This document shows, piece by piece, positions 42,852 through 54,574 of a stretch of 64,000 nt of DNA; within the stretch, counting starts at the first letter, position 1, and each line of letters opens with the position of its first letter. The notes below the pieces were generated by a model that was not told the DNA's origin, did no database searches, and was given only the letters and a program-made list of their open reading frames with translations. Origin of the DNA: an uncultured Nitrososphaerales archaeon (lineage in GTDB: Archaea > Thermoproteota > Nitrososphaeria > Nitrososphaerales > Nitrososphaeraceae); NCBI GenBank assembly GCA_963713605.1, contig CAVQMO010000003.1, forward strand, positions 384,001 through 448,000. Reading direction: 5' to 3'. The position numbers and the translations under genes are program-made.

Positions 42852-43715
42852 ATGTTCAGAACGCTATTGTTTATTCCAGGGAACAACAAGAGGTTTATCG
42901 AGAAAGCCAAGTCCCTGAACGCCGACATAATTTGCTTTGATTTGGAAGATTCTGTGCCATTAAATGAAAAGCAGGCTGCTAGAGATTCTGTGTCAGAAAC
43001 TCTGGACAAGAAAGTGGATTATGGCAACAGAAACGTGTATGTTCGAATTAATTCGTACGAATCAGGTTTGGCGATCCATGACCTTGAGGCCATAGTAAGT
43101 GATGAAATAAACGGGGTTGTGGTTCCTAAGGTTAACAATGAAAATGAAGTTGACCTCTTGACCCGGCGGTTAATCGAATTGGAGCGTCAGAAAGGAATGA
43201 GCAAGAAAATAGGAATAATGGCGTCCATAGAATCTGCTCAGGGACTAGTAAATTCGTATTCGATTGCAACAGCTAATTTACGAGTGAAAATGTTGGTATT
43301 TGGAGTGTTCGACTTTCTTAATGACATGGGACTGGATTATGTTCAAGATGGAATTGAATATTCTTTTGCGCGTGCAAAGATCCCAATCGATGCCAGGGCT
43401 GCCGGAATTGGCGCAATTGATGCGATCTGGCAAAAAATTGATGATATAGAGGGATTGGTGCGTGATGCTGGAACAGCCAAGCGATTAGGATATCAGGGCA
43501 AGTGCGTAATTCATCCTAACCAATTGAAACCAGTAGCTAGCGTCTTTTTTCCAAGTAATAATGAAATTGAATGGGCTAGGAAGGTTGTGCAGGCCTTGGA
43601 AGAAACAATGGAAAAGGGCAAAGGTATTGGCGCAGTTACTGTGGACGGAAAGATGGTCGATGCCGCTCACTATCGTCAAGCTAAATCTGTATTGGATTCC
43701 TTGAATACCAAGTGA
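42852..43715 (+). CDS. CitE/malyl-CoA lyase family CoA-ester lyase
   Basis: RTLLFIPG, DLEDSV, YVRIN, IHPNQ, GKMVD. Confidence 0.9.
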   Translation: MFRTLLFIPGNNKRFIEKAKSLNADIICFDLEDSVPLNEKQAARDSVSETLDKKVDYGNRNVYVRINSYESGLAIHDLEAIVSDEINGVVVPKVNNENEVDLLTRRLIELERQKGMSKKIGIMASIESAQGLVNSYSIATANLRVKMLVFGVFDFLNDMGLDYVQDGIEYSFARAKIPIDARAAGIGAIDAIWQKIDDIEGLVRDAGTAKRLGYQGKCVIHPNQLKPVASVFFPSNNEIEWARKVVQALEETMEKGKGIGAVTVDGKMVDAAHYRQAKSVLDSLNTK

Positions 43716-43865
43716 CATGTATTCACACCATTCTATTCATCTAATCCGATCTGAACTGAACTGAACTGAGCTGATGCGGTCATCTTTTGGAATGCAGATT
43801 AGCAATGTTTCCTGATTAAAATAATTACGGAATTTGAGATCGAGACACTTTGATATGGATACTTT

Positions 43866-43912
43866 AACACCACAACACCACAACACCACAACACCACAAC
43901 ACCACAACACCA
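43866..43912. repeat. 8-bp tandem repeat (AACACCAC x ~6), intergenic
   Basis: Perfect repeats upstream of the second thermosome gene. Confidence 0.95.
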
Positions 43913-44137
43913 TAATCCTTATCACATTTGGCATATAGTGTGAAATTCATGAATAGCTGTCTCTTTCTAGAACCTTTTTAGAGTGATCATAATCCCTTGT
44001 CTGGTTGCTGACCCGCTTCCTATCTAGGCTAGATTCTAGTGACACTTCTCACAAGACACTACATGCTTGAACAGTTAGTAAATTTAATATATCCCAACCC
44101 ATGCCTTTATTGAGTATATTTTAGGTGAATAGAGTAA

Positions 44138-45794
44138 ATGTCAATTCAACAAGGAACAGCTGGTGGAATGCCAGTCTTAATATTGAAAGAAGGCGCAAGT
44201 CAGACTAAGGGTCGTGACGCTCAGAAGAATAACATAACTGCGGCAAAGCTCATTGCGGAGGTAGTCCGCTCAAGTTTGGGTCCACGTGGGATGGACAAGA
44301 TGCTCGTGGATTCACTTGGAGATGTGACTATCACAAATGATGGAGCTACAATTCTTAAAGAAATCGATGTCCAGCATCCAGCCGCAAAGATGATGGTAGA
44401 AGTTGCAAAGTCGGTTGATAATGAGGTAGGAGATGGTACGACATCTGCAGTCGTCCTTGCGGGAGCACTCATCGAGAAGGCAGAAGAGCTAATTGGAAAG
44501 GATGTTCATCCAACCATCATAGTTGACGGTTATAGAAGAAGTGCAATCAAGGCGATTGAAATACTCAACAGTATCGCGATAAAAGTCCACGGCAATGATA
44601 AAGATCAACTTACAAAAATCGCCAAGACTTCGATGCAAACAAAATTAGTTTCCAAAGATTCAGATCAATTGGCAGAACTGGTCGTTACTGCTTCCCTTCA
44701 AATTGTTGACAAATCAACGGGTGGATATCGAGTAGACTTGGATGATGTCAAGGTTGAGAAAAAGGCGGGCGGTTCATTGAGAGATACTAAATTGATAAAG
44801 GGCATAGTGCTCGACAAAGAAGTTGTCCACGGGGGAATGCCAAAACGAATCGAGAAAGCAAAGATCGCTCTGATCAATTCGGCCCTTGAAATAGAGAAAA
44901 CAGAGTTTGATGCAAAGATCAACATTAGCTCCCCTGATCAGATGAAGATGTTTCTTGAGGAGGAAAATAAGATGTTGAAAAACATGGTGGACAAAATTAT
45001 TGCTGCAGGGTCCAACGTTGTCGTATGTCAAAAGGGTATTGATGATATTGCACAGCATTATCTGGCAAGGGCCAATGTCTTGGCGGTTCGAAGGGTTAAA
45101 GAAAGTGATATGACAAAGCTCGCAAAAGCAACAGGTGCGAGAATTATAAGTAACCTTGAAGACCTTTCGAGTAAGGATCTCGGGTCTGCAGATTTAGTGG
45201 AAGAGCGGAAAGTGGAAACAGACAAGTGGGTCTTTATAGAAGGATGCAAAAATCCAAAAGCAGTTACCATACTTATACGAGGAGGCTCCCAAAGAGTTGT
45301 AGATGAAGCTGAGAGATCGTTACATGATGCATTAAGTGTCACAAAGGATGTTTTGGAGAAGCCAGCAATAGTTGCAGGAGGAGGAGCGCCAGAGGCGTAC
45401 GTAGCTGGAAAATTGCGCGATTGGGTAGGCACCCTTTCTGGCAGAGAACAGCTTGCTGCTGAGAAATTTGCAGAATCATTGGAGGTCATCCCGCTTACTT
45501 TAGGTCAAAATGCCGGCATGGATCCAATTGATATTATGACTGATTTGAGGGCTAGACAATCAAAGGGCTCAAAATGGACCGGAATTGATGTTAGAAACGC
45601 AAGAATTGCAGATATTTCCAAGATAGAGATTCGTCGAACCTCTAGCTGTAAAGGAACAAATAATCAAGTCAGCTACTGAAGCTGCGTCAATGATCTTACG
45701 TATAGATGATGTTATTGCAGCTAGCAAATCGGGTGGGGGTCCTCCTGGTGGAGGCATGCCTCCGGGTGGAATGGGCGGCATGGGCGAGATGTGA
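44138..45794 (+). CDS. Thermosome subunit, second paralog (apparent frameshift near 45631)
   Basis: Same chaperonin motifs as 28848-30542; the C-terminus VEPLAVKEQ...ILRIDDVI...GGMGEM continues in a shifted frame to TGA at 45794. Confidence 0.95.
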
Positions 45795-45896
45795 TTACTC
45801 GCCCAGAACTTCGACCTCAACAAGAAGTCATCGTTTCTTTGAATTGTTTTTTATCTCTTAACTATGCTTTGTAGTGCATCAATTACAGAGGTTGAT

Positions 45897-46121
45897 CTAC
45901 GGTATTTGCAGTTCTTTCTGGATTATATCTCTTATAGAGGAACCAGTTTCCTGCAACTCAAGTAATTTTCTTAAATAATTTTCCCAAGAAATTTCTCCCA
46001 ATGCTCTCTTCCAGGATTCATACCCCGAAACTAATTTGTCAAATGATTTACAATGGTACTCGCAATACTTGCCAGAGGTCGCTCGAGAACAAATCAAACA
46101 AAATGCTGTGGGAGAAGCCAT
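45897..46121 (-). CDS. Small Cys/His zinc-binding hypothetical protein
   Basis: CLIC...CEYH, then W-rich helices and ETG. Confidence 0.65.
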   Translation of the reverse strand: MASPTAFCLICSRATSGKYCEYHCKSFDKLVSGYESWKRALGEISWENYLRKLLELQETGSSIRDIIQKELQIP

Positions 46122-46193
46122 CTGCTAATTCTTATTGGGACTCGTGGATTGATAAAAAACGGAAGTTGGATACTCGTGAGATTACGTTGTCAG

Positions 46194-46763
46194 TCATTCA
46201 ATCACTTGGCCTAGTGTGAGTGGAACTCTTAATGGCTCGGATATGGGAGATTCTTTTGTTGGATCGGTAACTGTAACTACCGCTGTAACATTCTTTAGTG
46301 CATTGTCATTGAAAGTGGTTGCAAGCTGAATTGTACCCGTCTCATTTGTAGTTATAGGTGAAGGAAAAGAGGATGTTCTGACTAGAGTTTCATTTGCGGC
46401 GTACACCTCCATAATAGCATTTATTGGTTTACCAATTACCTCAGGATTTGATACATTATAATCAACAAAGAGCTTTACTTGATTCCCAGGATCGACCGTC
46501 AAGGGTATGTAGTGTGCAGTCGCAAGTTTCAGGGAGACGCTGTTTGTATCAAGCCCTGTTGTTAGATTGGTAGACAATTCTGTAGTTTGCTGTTGAGCAG
46601 GTTGGTCAGGAGTGGATTGGTTTTGTTGTTGTTGAATTTCAATTTCAGGGAGATCGGTGCCAGGTAAGATTGTCACTTGTGCGTAGGTGGGGGGGGAAGA
46701 AACTAACAGTATAGTAATCAAGGAGAGCAAGACTGTCAACAGTCTTGTTACGCTCGAGGACAT
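46194..46763 (-). CDS. Secreted Ig-like hypothetical protein
   Basis: Signal peptide, Gln/Thr-rich linker, beta-rich domain. Confidence 0.7.
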   Translation of the reverse strand: MSSSVTRLLTVLLSLITILLVSSPPTYAQVTILPGTDLPEIEIQQQQNQSTPDQPAQQQTTELSTNLTTGLDTNSVSLKLATAHYIPLTVDPGNQVKLFVDYNVSNPEVIGKPINAIMEVYAANETLVRTSSFPSPITTNETGTIQLATTFNDNALKNVTAVVTVTDPTKESPISEPLRVPLTLGQVIE

Positions 46764-46837
46764 GAATTAAATCTGATATCAATCAGATATATATTCTATA
46801 TTCAACTTTTTTTGATGGATTTGTCATTGTTAAGAAA

Positions 46838-48274
46838 TCATACGACTTCAACATCGTGAGGAAGACTTTCTATATACCCGGCTGAAGTGAGTTTTATAAA
46901 CTTTGCATTCTTTTGCATTTCTACTATAGTCTTTGCGCCACAGTAGCTAAGCCCAGAACGAAGACCCCCAACCAATTGCCTAATTATGTCGACCACGCTC
47001 CCTTTGTAACTTACCATTGCTTCTACGCCTTCTGGCACGTAGTCATTCAGATCGTCTGATTCGATTACCTGTGAACCCTCTTCACGGTACTTTCTACCCA
47101 AAGATGCATAAAAGGAAGCCATTCCTCTGTACATTTTGAATTTCTTACCGTTCTTAACCAGGGTCTTGCCAGGACTTTCATCTGTGCCACCAAAGAGACT
47201 ACCGACCATAACAGAAGATGCTCCCGCTGCAAGGGCCTTAGTTGCGTCACCAGATGTTCTTATTCCACCATCTGAGATAATTGGGATATCATAATCTTTT
47301 GTCACATCGGCACTGTCGACGACTGCAGTGACCTGAGGTACTCCAGAGCCTGTAATGACTCGCGTAATGCATATTGATCCAGAACCAACTCCTACTTTTA
47401 CCGCATCTACTCCAGCTCGGATAAGATCCTTCGATCCATTTCCAGTTGCAACATTTCCTGCTATGAGTTCACAGTTTGGAAATGCTCTCTTTATCATTTT
47501 TACCGCGTTTATTGCATTATCGCTATGCCCATGTGCAATATCAACCACTATCACATCGGCCCCGGCCTCCAGCAATGTCTCAGTTCTCTCTAGAAAATCA
47601 CCTTTAACGCCTACGGCCGCGCCCACAAGCAGTCTTCCTTTCTTATCCTTGGAAGCGTACGGATATTGTTCCATCTTGAGAATATCTTTACTTGTAATTA
47701 GACCTACTATATGATATTTCTTATCAACTACGGGTAGCTTTTCTATTCTATGTTTATGAAGAATTTCTTTAGCTTCCTCGATAGCGATTCCTTTTTGGGC
47801 CTTGATTACATCTTTACTCATTGAATCAGATACCTTTTTTGTTGGGTTACTTTCAAAGGTTATGTCTCGTCGGGTAATGATGCCCGTCAATTTGTGATCA
47901 TTATCCTCAACAAGTAACCCAGATACTCCATAGTTAGTCATCAACTTTCTTACATCAGTTACATTCATGTCCTGGCTAACTGTATACGGCTGCTCAATCA
48001 TGACGGATTCGGATCTCTTAACCCTCAAGACTTCATCAACTTGGTCTGCAATAGTCATGAATCTATGTATAATCCCTATTCCACCTTCGCGAGCTAGAGC
48101 GATAGCCATCCCAGATTCGGTGATCGTATCCATATTTGCGCTGATCAGGGGAATGTTAAGGAAAATATTTCGTGATAGCCTTGTCCTCAGATTAGTTTGA
48201 CTACGAGAAATGATGTGTGATCTAGTTGGAACGATGAGAACGTCATCAAACGTTAGTCCCTCTGTAATCTCCAA
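46838..48274 (-). CDS. guaB: IMP dehydrogenase (with CBS pair)
   Basis: [40 protein letters not shown]. Confidence 0.97.
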   Translation of the reverse strand: MEITEGLTFDDVLIVPTRSHIISRSQTNLRTRLSRNIFLNIPLISANMDTITESGMAIALAREGGIGIIHRFMTIADQVDEVLRVKRSESVMIEQPYTVSQDMNVTDVRKLMTNYGVSGLLVEDNDHKLTGIITRRDITFESNPTKKVSDSMSKDVIKAQKGIAIEEAKEILHKHRIEKLPVVDKKYHIVGLITSKDILKMEQYPYASKDKKGRLLVGAAVGVKGDFLERTETLLEAGADVIVVDIAHGHSDNAINAVKMIKRAFPNCELIAGNVATGNGSKDLIRAGVDAVKVGVGSGSICITRVITGSGVPQVTAVVDSADVTKDYDIPIISDGGIRTSGDATKALAAGASSVMVGSLFGGTDESPGKTLVKNGKKFKMYRGMASFYASLGRKYREEGSQVIESDDLNDYVPEGVEAMVSYKGSVVDIIRQLVGGLRSGLSYCGAKTIVEMQKNAKFIKLTSAGYIESLPHDVEVV

Positions 48275-48513
48275 ATAATACCTTAATTAGGTGTTCAGCA
48301 GAGGGATTATAAGTTTTGCCTTAAATTCATGCGATAATAACGGGCTAGATGTGGTAGCAAAATTAGTCGAGTCGTTAGAGAACCTGTTTAGTTAATATAA
48401 TGACCATGTAAGGCCAACTTTTCATGGGTCACTAGAACCAGACTAGGGATCCAAAATACCAACAGATTAAAATAATATTTCACCAAAAATTTGATGTTGC
48501 AGAGGCTTTATCT

Positions 48514-49194
48514 TTGAAGGGCACAAAATATAACATTGCAATATTTGACACATTTAAGACTCGGAAGGACAAGTTCACTGGAGAAGCGAAAAGACAGAGA
48601 GGAATTATCGCTCATCTTGCCTCTGAACAAAGCCCGGAGTTGCGTACAAGAACCTCCATCGCACACGTGATCGCGAAAAAACATGGGATACTATGGCAGA
48701 ACATTTATTCAGGAATTTTTCGAGACCTTGATGAGGTCCTCATTCCTTCAGGGGTAGTAAAGGAGGGTGGTAGGCTGCCCTTGAGGCGTGGACCAAGAGC
48801 CCTGCAATTGGAAGGAGTACCATTCTATGAATTAACGGAAGCAGGATTATTGGTGGCATCATCCATCGAGGAGCTTGGGAAAGAGTATAGAACCAAGTCT
48901 TTAGAAGCATTTATCGGCTCACTAAAGCCCGTGAACAACGAAGAAAAGATCCTCTATGATGGTATACTTCTCTTGATGAGCATCGCTCCTTTTTTCGTAT
49001 CGAAAATAATCAATGAGTACATTCATTCCTATAGTATTGGTATAGTAGATAGCATTATACCTATGAATGTGAAAAACTTTAAATCAGTTATCTCTGACCA
49101 CATTGGAGTCGAAAGGGAGCTGCTTGATGCGTTTGTAAATTCAAACAAGGATCGGCAGACTCTCATTATGGATTTTATGAGGATTCTTACTTAA
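48514..49194 (+). CDS. Hypothetical protein with winged-HTH-like N-terminus
   Basis: TRTSIAH...YSGIFRDLDEVL...V.EGG...PFYELTEAG resembles a wHTH wing. Confidence 0.7.
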   Translation: MKGTKYNIAIFDTFKTRKDKFTGEAKRQRGIIAHLASEQSPELRTRTSIAHVIAKKHGILWQNIYSGIFRDLDEVLIPSGVVKEGGRLPLRRGPRALQLEGVPFYELTEAGLLVASSIEELGKEYRTKSLEAFIGSLKPVNNEEKILYDGILLLMSIAPFFVSKIINEYIHSYSIGIVDSIIPMNVKNFKSVISDHIGVERELLDAFVNSNKDRQTLIMDFMRILT

Positions 49195-49509
49195 TTGAGT
49201 GAATGTCTTGCATGTATTTAATCAGAAATGCACAATTTTCTGATCTTATATAAGTTTTAAGTGAATTAGCATTAGCATCAAGTACCTGAATCAGATAAGA
49301 AGGGCCCCTGATTAGGAGGGTTAAAGGCTTCTTACCGTATGAATGTACTTCATGTTGGGTAATGCTTCTTAGAGATACTTAAGACAGATGTAGGGCTAAC
49401 AAGAAATTCCGACAAATAAAAAAATCTTGTAAAGGCGTAAAAGAAGAATCGGAAACTCTGGATTTCAGAGATGAATCAATCTTTATAAAATAAAGCATAT
49501 TAGTATCAA

Positions 49510-52500
49510 TTGGATACTGGTCCTCTGTCCTTGGTGCATATAAAAAAACTAGAAGTCTACGGTTTCAAGTCGTTTGGATTCAAGAACTCCGTCCTAACAT
49601 TTGATAAAGGGCTTATAGCAGTTACTGGCCCAAATGGTTCTGGAAAGAGTAACATTCTTGATGCGATAATGTTTGCGCTCGGAGAGAATAGCCCAAGGGT
49701 ACTTAGAGTAGATAGATTTCAATCACTTTTTCATGACAGTCAGAATACCCATCATAAGATGATCCACGTAAGCCTCACCTTTGACAATCACGATCGGGGT
49801 ATTCCTATCGACTCGGACAATGTCACTTTGACAAGAGATATGGAAGGCCAATCAGGAGAAAGCGAGTACTATCTTAATGGAAAAAAAGTTACGAAGGGGA
49901 CCATAGTTGAGCTTTTGGAGATCGTAATTGCTACTTCGAATAAGTTGAATATCGTACAACAGGGGATGATAACTAGAATTTCTGAACTCAATTCTGATGA
50001 ACGGAGAAGAATTATTGAAGATATAATTGGTTTATCATATTTTGATGAGAAGAAGACTGAGGCACTAAAGCAGCTTGATGAATCGGATCGACGTTTAGAA
50101 GTTGCTTTCGCACGAATCGATGAGGTTAGAAAGAGGATCGATGAACTTGAAATTGAAAGAAATGAACAAATGAAATTTCTGAGTATAGAAAATGAAATTA
50201 AAAAGTATCGAGCCATTAGGATTTCAAACAACATTGTGTCAACTCGGTCAAAGACCGAATCGATAGAAAACCGATTAAAGAGTTCCACCTCTCATTCTTC
50301 GTCATTGGAAGAGGAAATTAGTCAATTGAATGCCCAAATCGAGGGTATCGAGCAAGAAAGGACGAAATATATGAAAGAGTTAGATATAACAAATAAAGAT
50401 AAGGCATTAGTAGAACGTAGATTATCAAACATCGTCTATGAATCAGAAAGGAACCGAGCAGTTCTGAAAGAAGCAGACCAGCGAATCATAAATATTGAGA
50501 GAAGGTTGAAGTCAATTGAACTTGAGAAGGTATCTCTGGAAGACAAGCTGTCTGGTTCACAGTTGGAATTAGAAAAGGTTGAGCAAAGCATACAAATAAA
50601 GAGATCCGAGATGAGTGATCTTACGTCTAAACTAAATACGACAAATGCAAAGATAGACAAGATAGCATCCTCAGAAGGTGTATATCATACAAAAAAGGTT
50701 AGCATTGATGGAAGATTAAATGTTTTACTCCGAATACAGAGTCTTTTCGAAACAGTTGTCGCAAGATTAGAGGAGAGAAGGGCACAGATACAAAGAGCTA
50801 TTGACAGCACTAGTACGGAGGTCTTATGGCAAAGAAATCAAATTTCTAGGTTCAATATCCTAAACCATCTGCAAAATAAGGACCTCCAAATATATTTACA
50901 ACACCTTCAATCTTGTAACAATTCTGCAGAGACGCTTTTAGATACAAAGAAACGTGTTGAGCAAGATCTCTCTATTTCGTCACGACTTGTGGTTACTGCA
51001 CAACATGCTGTCTCGCATAAGTATGACGACATTACCCAGGTCATGAGGAATCCAAATACAGAGTACTTTGCTATTGCAAGTTTGTTGGAAGCCTCCAAGT
51101 CCCTAGGAATAGTAGGACTAGTTCAAGACTTAATAAAGTTTGAAAGAGTTTATGAGAGAGCTATTCTCGCTGCTGCATCGGATTGGATGAGGGCAATTGT
51201 AGTATCCGACATAAAATCTATGATTTCGCTTCTTAGATATTCGATGAACAAAAAGTTACCCCGATTTAAGATAATTCCTCTCGACATATTGAACTATCAC
51301 ACCAGCAAATCTAAAACTGATAGGCTTTTCGAAACCGACTCTATTGGCATATTGGGAAGTTTAGACAGATTTGTGAGTTCAAGGTATTCGGAATTAGTGA
51401 CGTTCCTATTCCATGATATAATACTTGTTCGTACATCATCGACTGGTTATGAGTTAGCAAGGAGAGGATTCAAATCTGTGTCCTTGTCTGGTGTATCATT
51501 CGAACCAAGTGGCGTACAAGTATCGATTGATTTCGGATCGAAAATATTTGACATGAGCAAGACCGCTCTAACTACAGAGGTTGTGAGAAAATTAGAGTCT
51601 TCTACAAGCCATCTCAATTCCTTTGTAGAAATGAAAAAATCAGACCTCGAAGGACTCACAAACGATCTGGCGAAATTAGATCAATTGGAATTTAAAGCCG
51701 AAACAAACATTACAAGTTTACACCGAAGAATTTCTTCCGTAAAAGAGTCAATCTCTTCATTGAAAGAATTGTTAAGGACACGAATCGATGAAGCCATAGC
51801 ACTTCGAGAAAAGTGGGAGAGTACTGATAATATCCAAATAGTGGTTGATGCGCGTGTATCTCAGTCCAAATCCCTAATGAGAAAATTAATAATGACGTCA
51901 GAAAGGATAGACAAGCTGCACGGGAGTGGAGAATTTGCAATCTTGCAAAGTGAAAAAAACAATATCATGAGGACTATTGAGAAAACCGATTTAGAACTCA
52001 GAGAGAAGATTACTGAATCCACACCGATCAGATCAATAGTGCAAGTAATCCAACAAAAGCCCAAGGAACTTTATGAAGAAGAGAAACAACTTCTAAATGA
52101 ATTGCAACAAACGCGTAACGAATCAGATGAAATGCGAAAGAATTTAGATATTGTGGATTCTGAAATCTTGACACTTAGACAGAAGGAACAGGACATTATT
52201 GATTCAACTGGGAAATCTTATGGGATAATTTCTGAGTACGAACAAAAAATAAAGATGATGCGGGACAATGAACGCAAGTTGTCAAGGGAATATTCTAGCA
52301 TAGACCGCGATATTGCCATCGACAAAAGGGACATCGAACAGCTAGGTGCTAAATGCGAAGAGTTGACAGGTGAGCTTAAGTCATTAAATTATGAAGAAAT
52401 GCCACAAGATCTAAATGTAGACATAATATTGGAGAATTTGAATGCTGAGTATGAATCTATAAGGAACAGGGTTAACCTACGTGCGAAGGACGCATATTCT

Positions 52501-53082
52501 GAAATAGTCGAAGGTTATCGAAGTATGTCCGAACGTAGAAATGAACTTGAAATCGAGCGTAACTCGATTGTTGAATTCATAGAAGAGATAGCTAAAGAAA
52601 AAGGCCAAGTATTTGAGGATGCATTTTCCAAGGTGGACCAGAACATCAGACAGACATTTGCCGAAGTGACAAGCGGTGGATCAGCTTGGCTTGAAATTGA
52701 AAACCCCGCTGAAGAAACAAGTGGTATCATGCTAGTAGTACAGTTTCCTGACAAACCTAGGCGCGAATCTACGTCGCTTTCCGGAGGAGAAAAAACTATG
52801 GCCGCAACAATATTTCTGTTAGCATTACAGTCACTAAAGCCCTCTCCCTTTTATCTCATGGATGAAGTTGATGCTCATCTAGATGCCCAGAATACGGAGA
52901 GATTACTAAGTGTTCTCCTAAGACGATCAATAGACAACCAGATTATAATGGTCACTCTGAAAGATTCTACCGTGGCCAGGGCAAATCTGGTTTATGGTGT
53001 CTATCCTAAAGATGGAATTTCTCACGTTGTAAGGTATAATCATGGCAAAAATCTAAGCCCAACCTTACAGTCTAGTCCATGA
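49510..53082 (+). CDS. smc: Chromosome segregation protein SMC
   Basis: GFKSF, GPNGSGKSN, coiled coils around a hinge, LSGGEK, DEVDAHLD. Confidence 0.95.
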   Translation: MDTGPLSLVHIKKLEVYGFKSFGFKNSVLTFDKGLIAVTGPNGSGKSNILDAIMFALGENSPRVLRVDRFQSLFHDSQNTHHKMIHVSLTFDNHDRGIPIDSDNVTLTRDMEGQSGESEYYLNGKKVTKGTIVELLEIVIATSNKLNIVQQGMITRISELNSDERRRIIEDIIGLSYFDEKKTEALKQLDESDRRLEVAFARIDEVRKRIDELEIERNEQMKFLSIENEIKKYRAIRISNNIVSTRSKTESIENRLKSSTSHSSSLEEEISQLNAQIEGIEQERTKYMKELDITNKDKALVERRLSNIVYESERNRAVLKEADQRIINIERRLKSIELEKVSLEDKLSGSQLELEKVEQSIQIKRSEMSDLTSKLNTTNAKIDKIASSEGVYHTKKVSIDGRLNVLLRIQSLFETVVARLEERRAQIQRAIDSTSTEVLWQRNQISRFNILNHLQNKDLQIYLQHLQSCNNSAETLLDTKKRVEQDLSISSRLVVTAQHAVSHKYDDITQVMRNPNTEYFAIASLLEASKSLGIVGLVQDLIKFERVYERAILAAASDWMRAIVVSDIKSMISLLRYSMNKKLPRFKIIPLDILNYHTSKSKTDRLFETDSIGILGSLDRFVSSRYSELVTFLFHDIILVRTSSTGYELARRGFKSVSLSGVSFEPSGVQVSIDFGSKIFDMSKTALTTEVVRKLESSTSHLNSFVEMKKSDLEGLTNDLAKLDQLEFKAETNITSLHRRISSVKESISSLKELLRTRIDEAIALREKWESTDNIQIVVDARVSQSKSLMRKLIMTSERIDKLHGSGEFAILQSEKNNIMRTIEKTDLELREKITESTPIRSIVQVIQQKPKELYEEEKQLLNELQQTRNESDEMRKNLDIVDSEILTLRQKEQDIIDSTGKSYGIISEYEQKIKMMRDNERKLSREYSSIDRDIAIDKRDIEQLGAKCEELTGELKSLNYEEMPQDLNVDIILENLNAEYESIRNRVNLRAKDAYSEIVEGYRSMSERRNELEIERNSIVEFIEEIAKEKGQVFEDAFSKVDQNIRQTFAEVTSGGSAWLEIENPAEETSGIMLVVQFPDKPRRESTSLSGGEKTMAATIFLLALQSLKPSPFYLMDEVDAHLDAQNTERLLSVLLRRSIDNQIIMVTLKDSTVARANLVYGVYPKDGISHVVRYNHGKNLSPTLQSSP

Positions 53083-53128
53083 CGCATAGTGGTAACTACG
53101 ACGACAAGCGCCATGGTTCGTAGATGAA

Positions 53129-54133
53129 TTAGTCATATAAAAAACATGAGACAAAATGATCGCTACTACTCTCAAATTGATTGGCTTTACGTTGATTGCT
53201 AAGATTTGGCTCTTTTTTGCACTTATCCATTGAATAAAGACATCTAAAATAAAAATTACAACCGCCACTAAATATTCTCTCTCCTTCACGTATACGAATA
53301 GATCTTGTTTTTTGCAGGTTTGTAGGATTTGGTTCAGATACTGCATCGATAAGAGCTTGGGTATACGGATGGAGAGGATTAAGTAAAACACTATCAACCG
53401 CACCCATCTCCACTATCTTCCCAGCGTACATGATAGCGATCTTGTCTCCGATGTATCTGGATGTGCTAAGATCATGTGTGATATACACATATGATATTCT
53501 GAATCTGTCTTTAAGATCCTTCATTAACTCCAATATCCCTGCTCTGACTGATACATCTAGCATCGATACTGGTTCGTCTGCAATTATAATTGCGGGTTTC
53601 AGAACTAGGGCTCTTGCAAGTGCAACTCGTTGTCGTTGACCACCAGAAAGAGAGTATGGATAATTACTAGATAGCTCAACGGCAGGTTCAAGTTTAACAT
53701 CCTCCAACGCCTTGTATACTTTTTCGTGCCGCTCTCTTCTTGAGCTGCCCTTTTCGTGGATATTAATTGGCTCCATTATAATATCAAGGATTTTCATTCT
53801 AGGATCGAGTGATGTGTACGCATCTTGGTGTACCATTTGGACACTTCTCCTAAACTCTCTAAGATCTGCATCCTTTTTTTTTGTGATGTCATTACACTTG
53901 AATATTATTTGACCGTCATCTGGTTCTATTGCACGCAAAAGCAGTCTTGCAAGTGTTGATTTTCCTGAACCTGATTCGCCTGCAATAACGTAGACCTGAC
54001 CTTCATCTAGTCTTAATGATACGCCGTCAACCGCCTTCACGAGGGAAACAGAGCCTGTTCTCATCGCGCCCATTAAACCCTTTGACATTCGAAAATATTT
54101 TCTCAGGTTTTCAGCTCTGAGTATTTCTTGCAC
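53129..54133 (-). CDS. Oligopeptide/dipeptide ABC transporter ATPase (OppF/DppF-like)
   Basis: GESGSGKST, LSGGQRQR, ADEPVSMLD, HPYTQAL, GCNF..RC. Confidence 0.92.
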   Translation of the reverse strand: MQEILRAENLRKYFRMSKGLMGAMRTGSVSLVKAVDGVSLRLDEGQVYVIAGESGSGKSTLARLLLRAIEPDDGQIIFKCNDITKKKDADLREFRRSVQMVHQDAYTSLDPRMKILDIIMEPINIHEKGSSRRERHEKVYKALEDVKLEPAVELSSNYPYSLSGGQRQRVALARALVLKPAIIIADEPVSMLDVSVRAGILELMKDLKDRFRISYVYITHDLSTSRYIGDKIAIMYAGKIVEMGAVDSVLLNPLHPYTQALIDAVSEPNPTNLQKTRSIRIREGERIFSGGCNFYFRCLYSMDKCKKEPNLSNQRKANQFESSSDHFVSCFLYD

Positions 54134-54574
54134 TTATGCCTTATATAGAATTAGGCATATATTTGCATATATACACTTTTTTCCTGGTCTGTTAAGTGGT
54201 GTGTGAAATAGCCAAATCAGTCTGTAAATTCCATGAGGAAAACTTGAATCACGACAAATTCTATTTCAACTCAAAAAAGTAAATGTGTGTCCTGTGAATG
54301 ATCGAAGGAATGTCACTACGGAGAAAAGATCCATATCCAGCCTGACCATCCTGTCAGCCACTCATACTATTAAAGCTACGAGGCAATTATTAGGACAATA
54401 AATATAATTGCAGTAAAAAGAGGAACCCATTAATTAAGATAGTTTTCTTTTTTTACTAAACACAAGCGGGTTATAGAAAAGGCCTGTAAATGCAGTTTAG
54501 TTATCTAAACTCTTGTATTATCCCTAAACCGAAATCGACTTAATATCGTCAAATCTGGCAATGAATTCATCTCG

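Noticed and set aside
43737..43934. Cys/Trp-repeat ORF (VLWCCGV)
   Set aside because: It is a translation of the 8-bp microsatellite.
49510..53082. SMC as part of a Wadjet or other defence system
   Set aside because: It has canonical hinge-containing SMC architecture and no jet-like neighbours.
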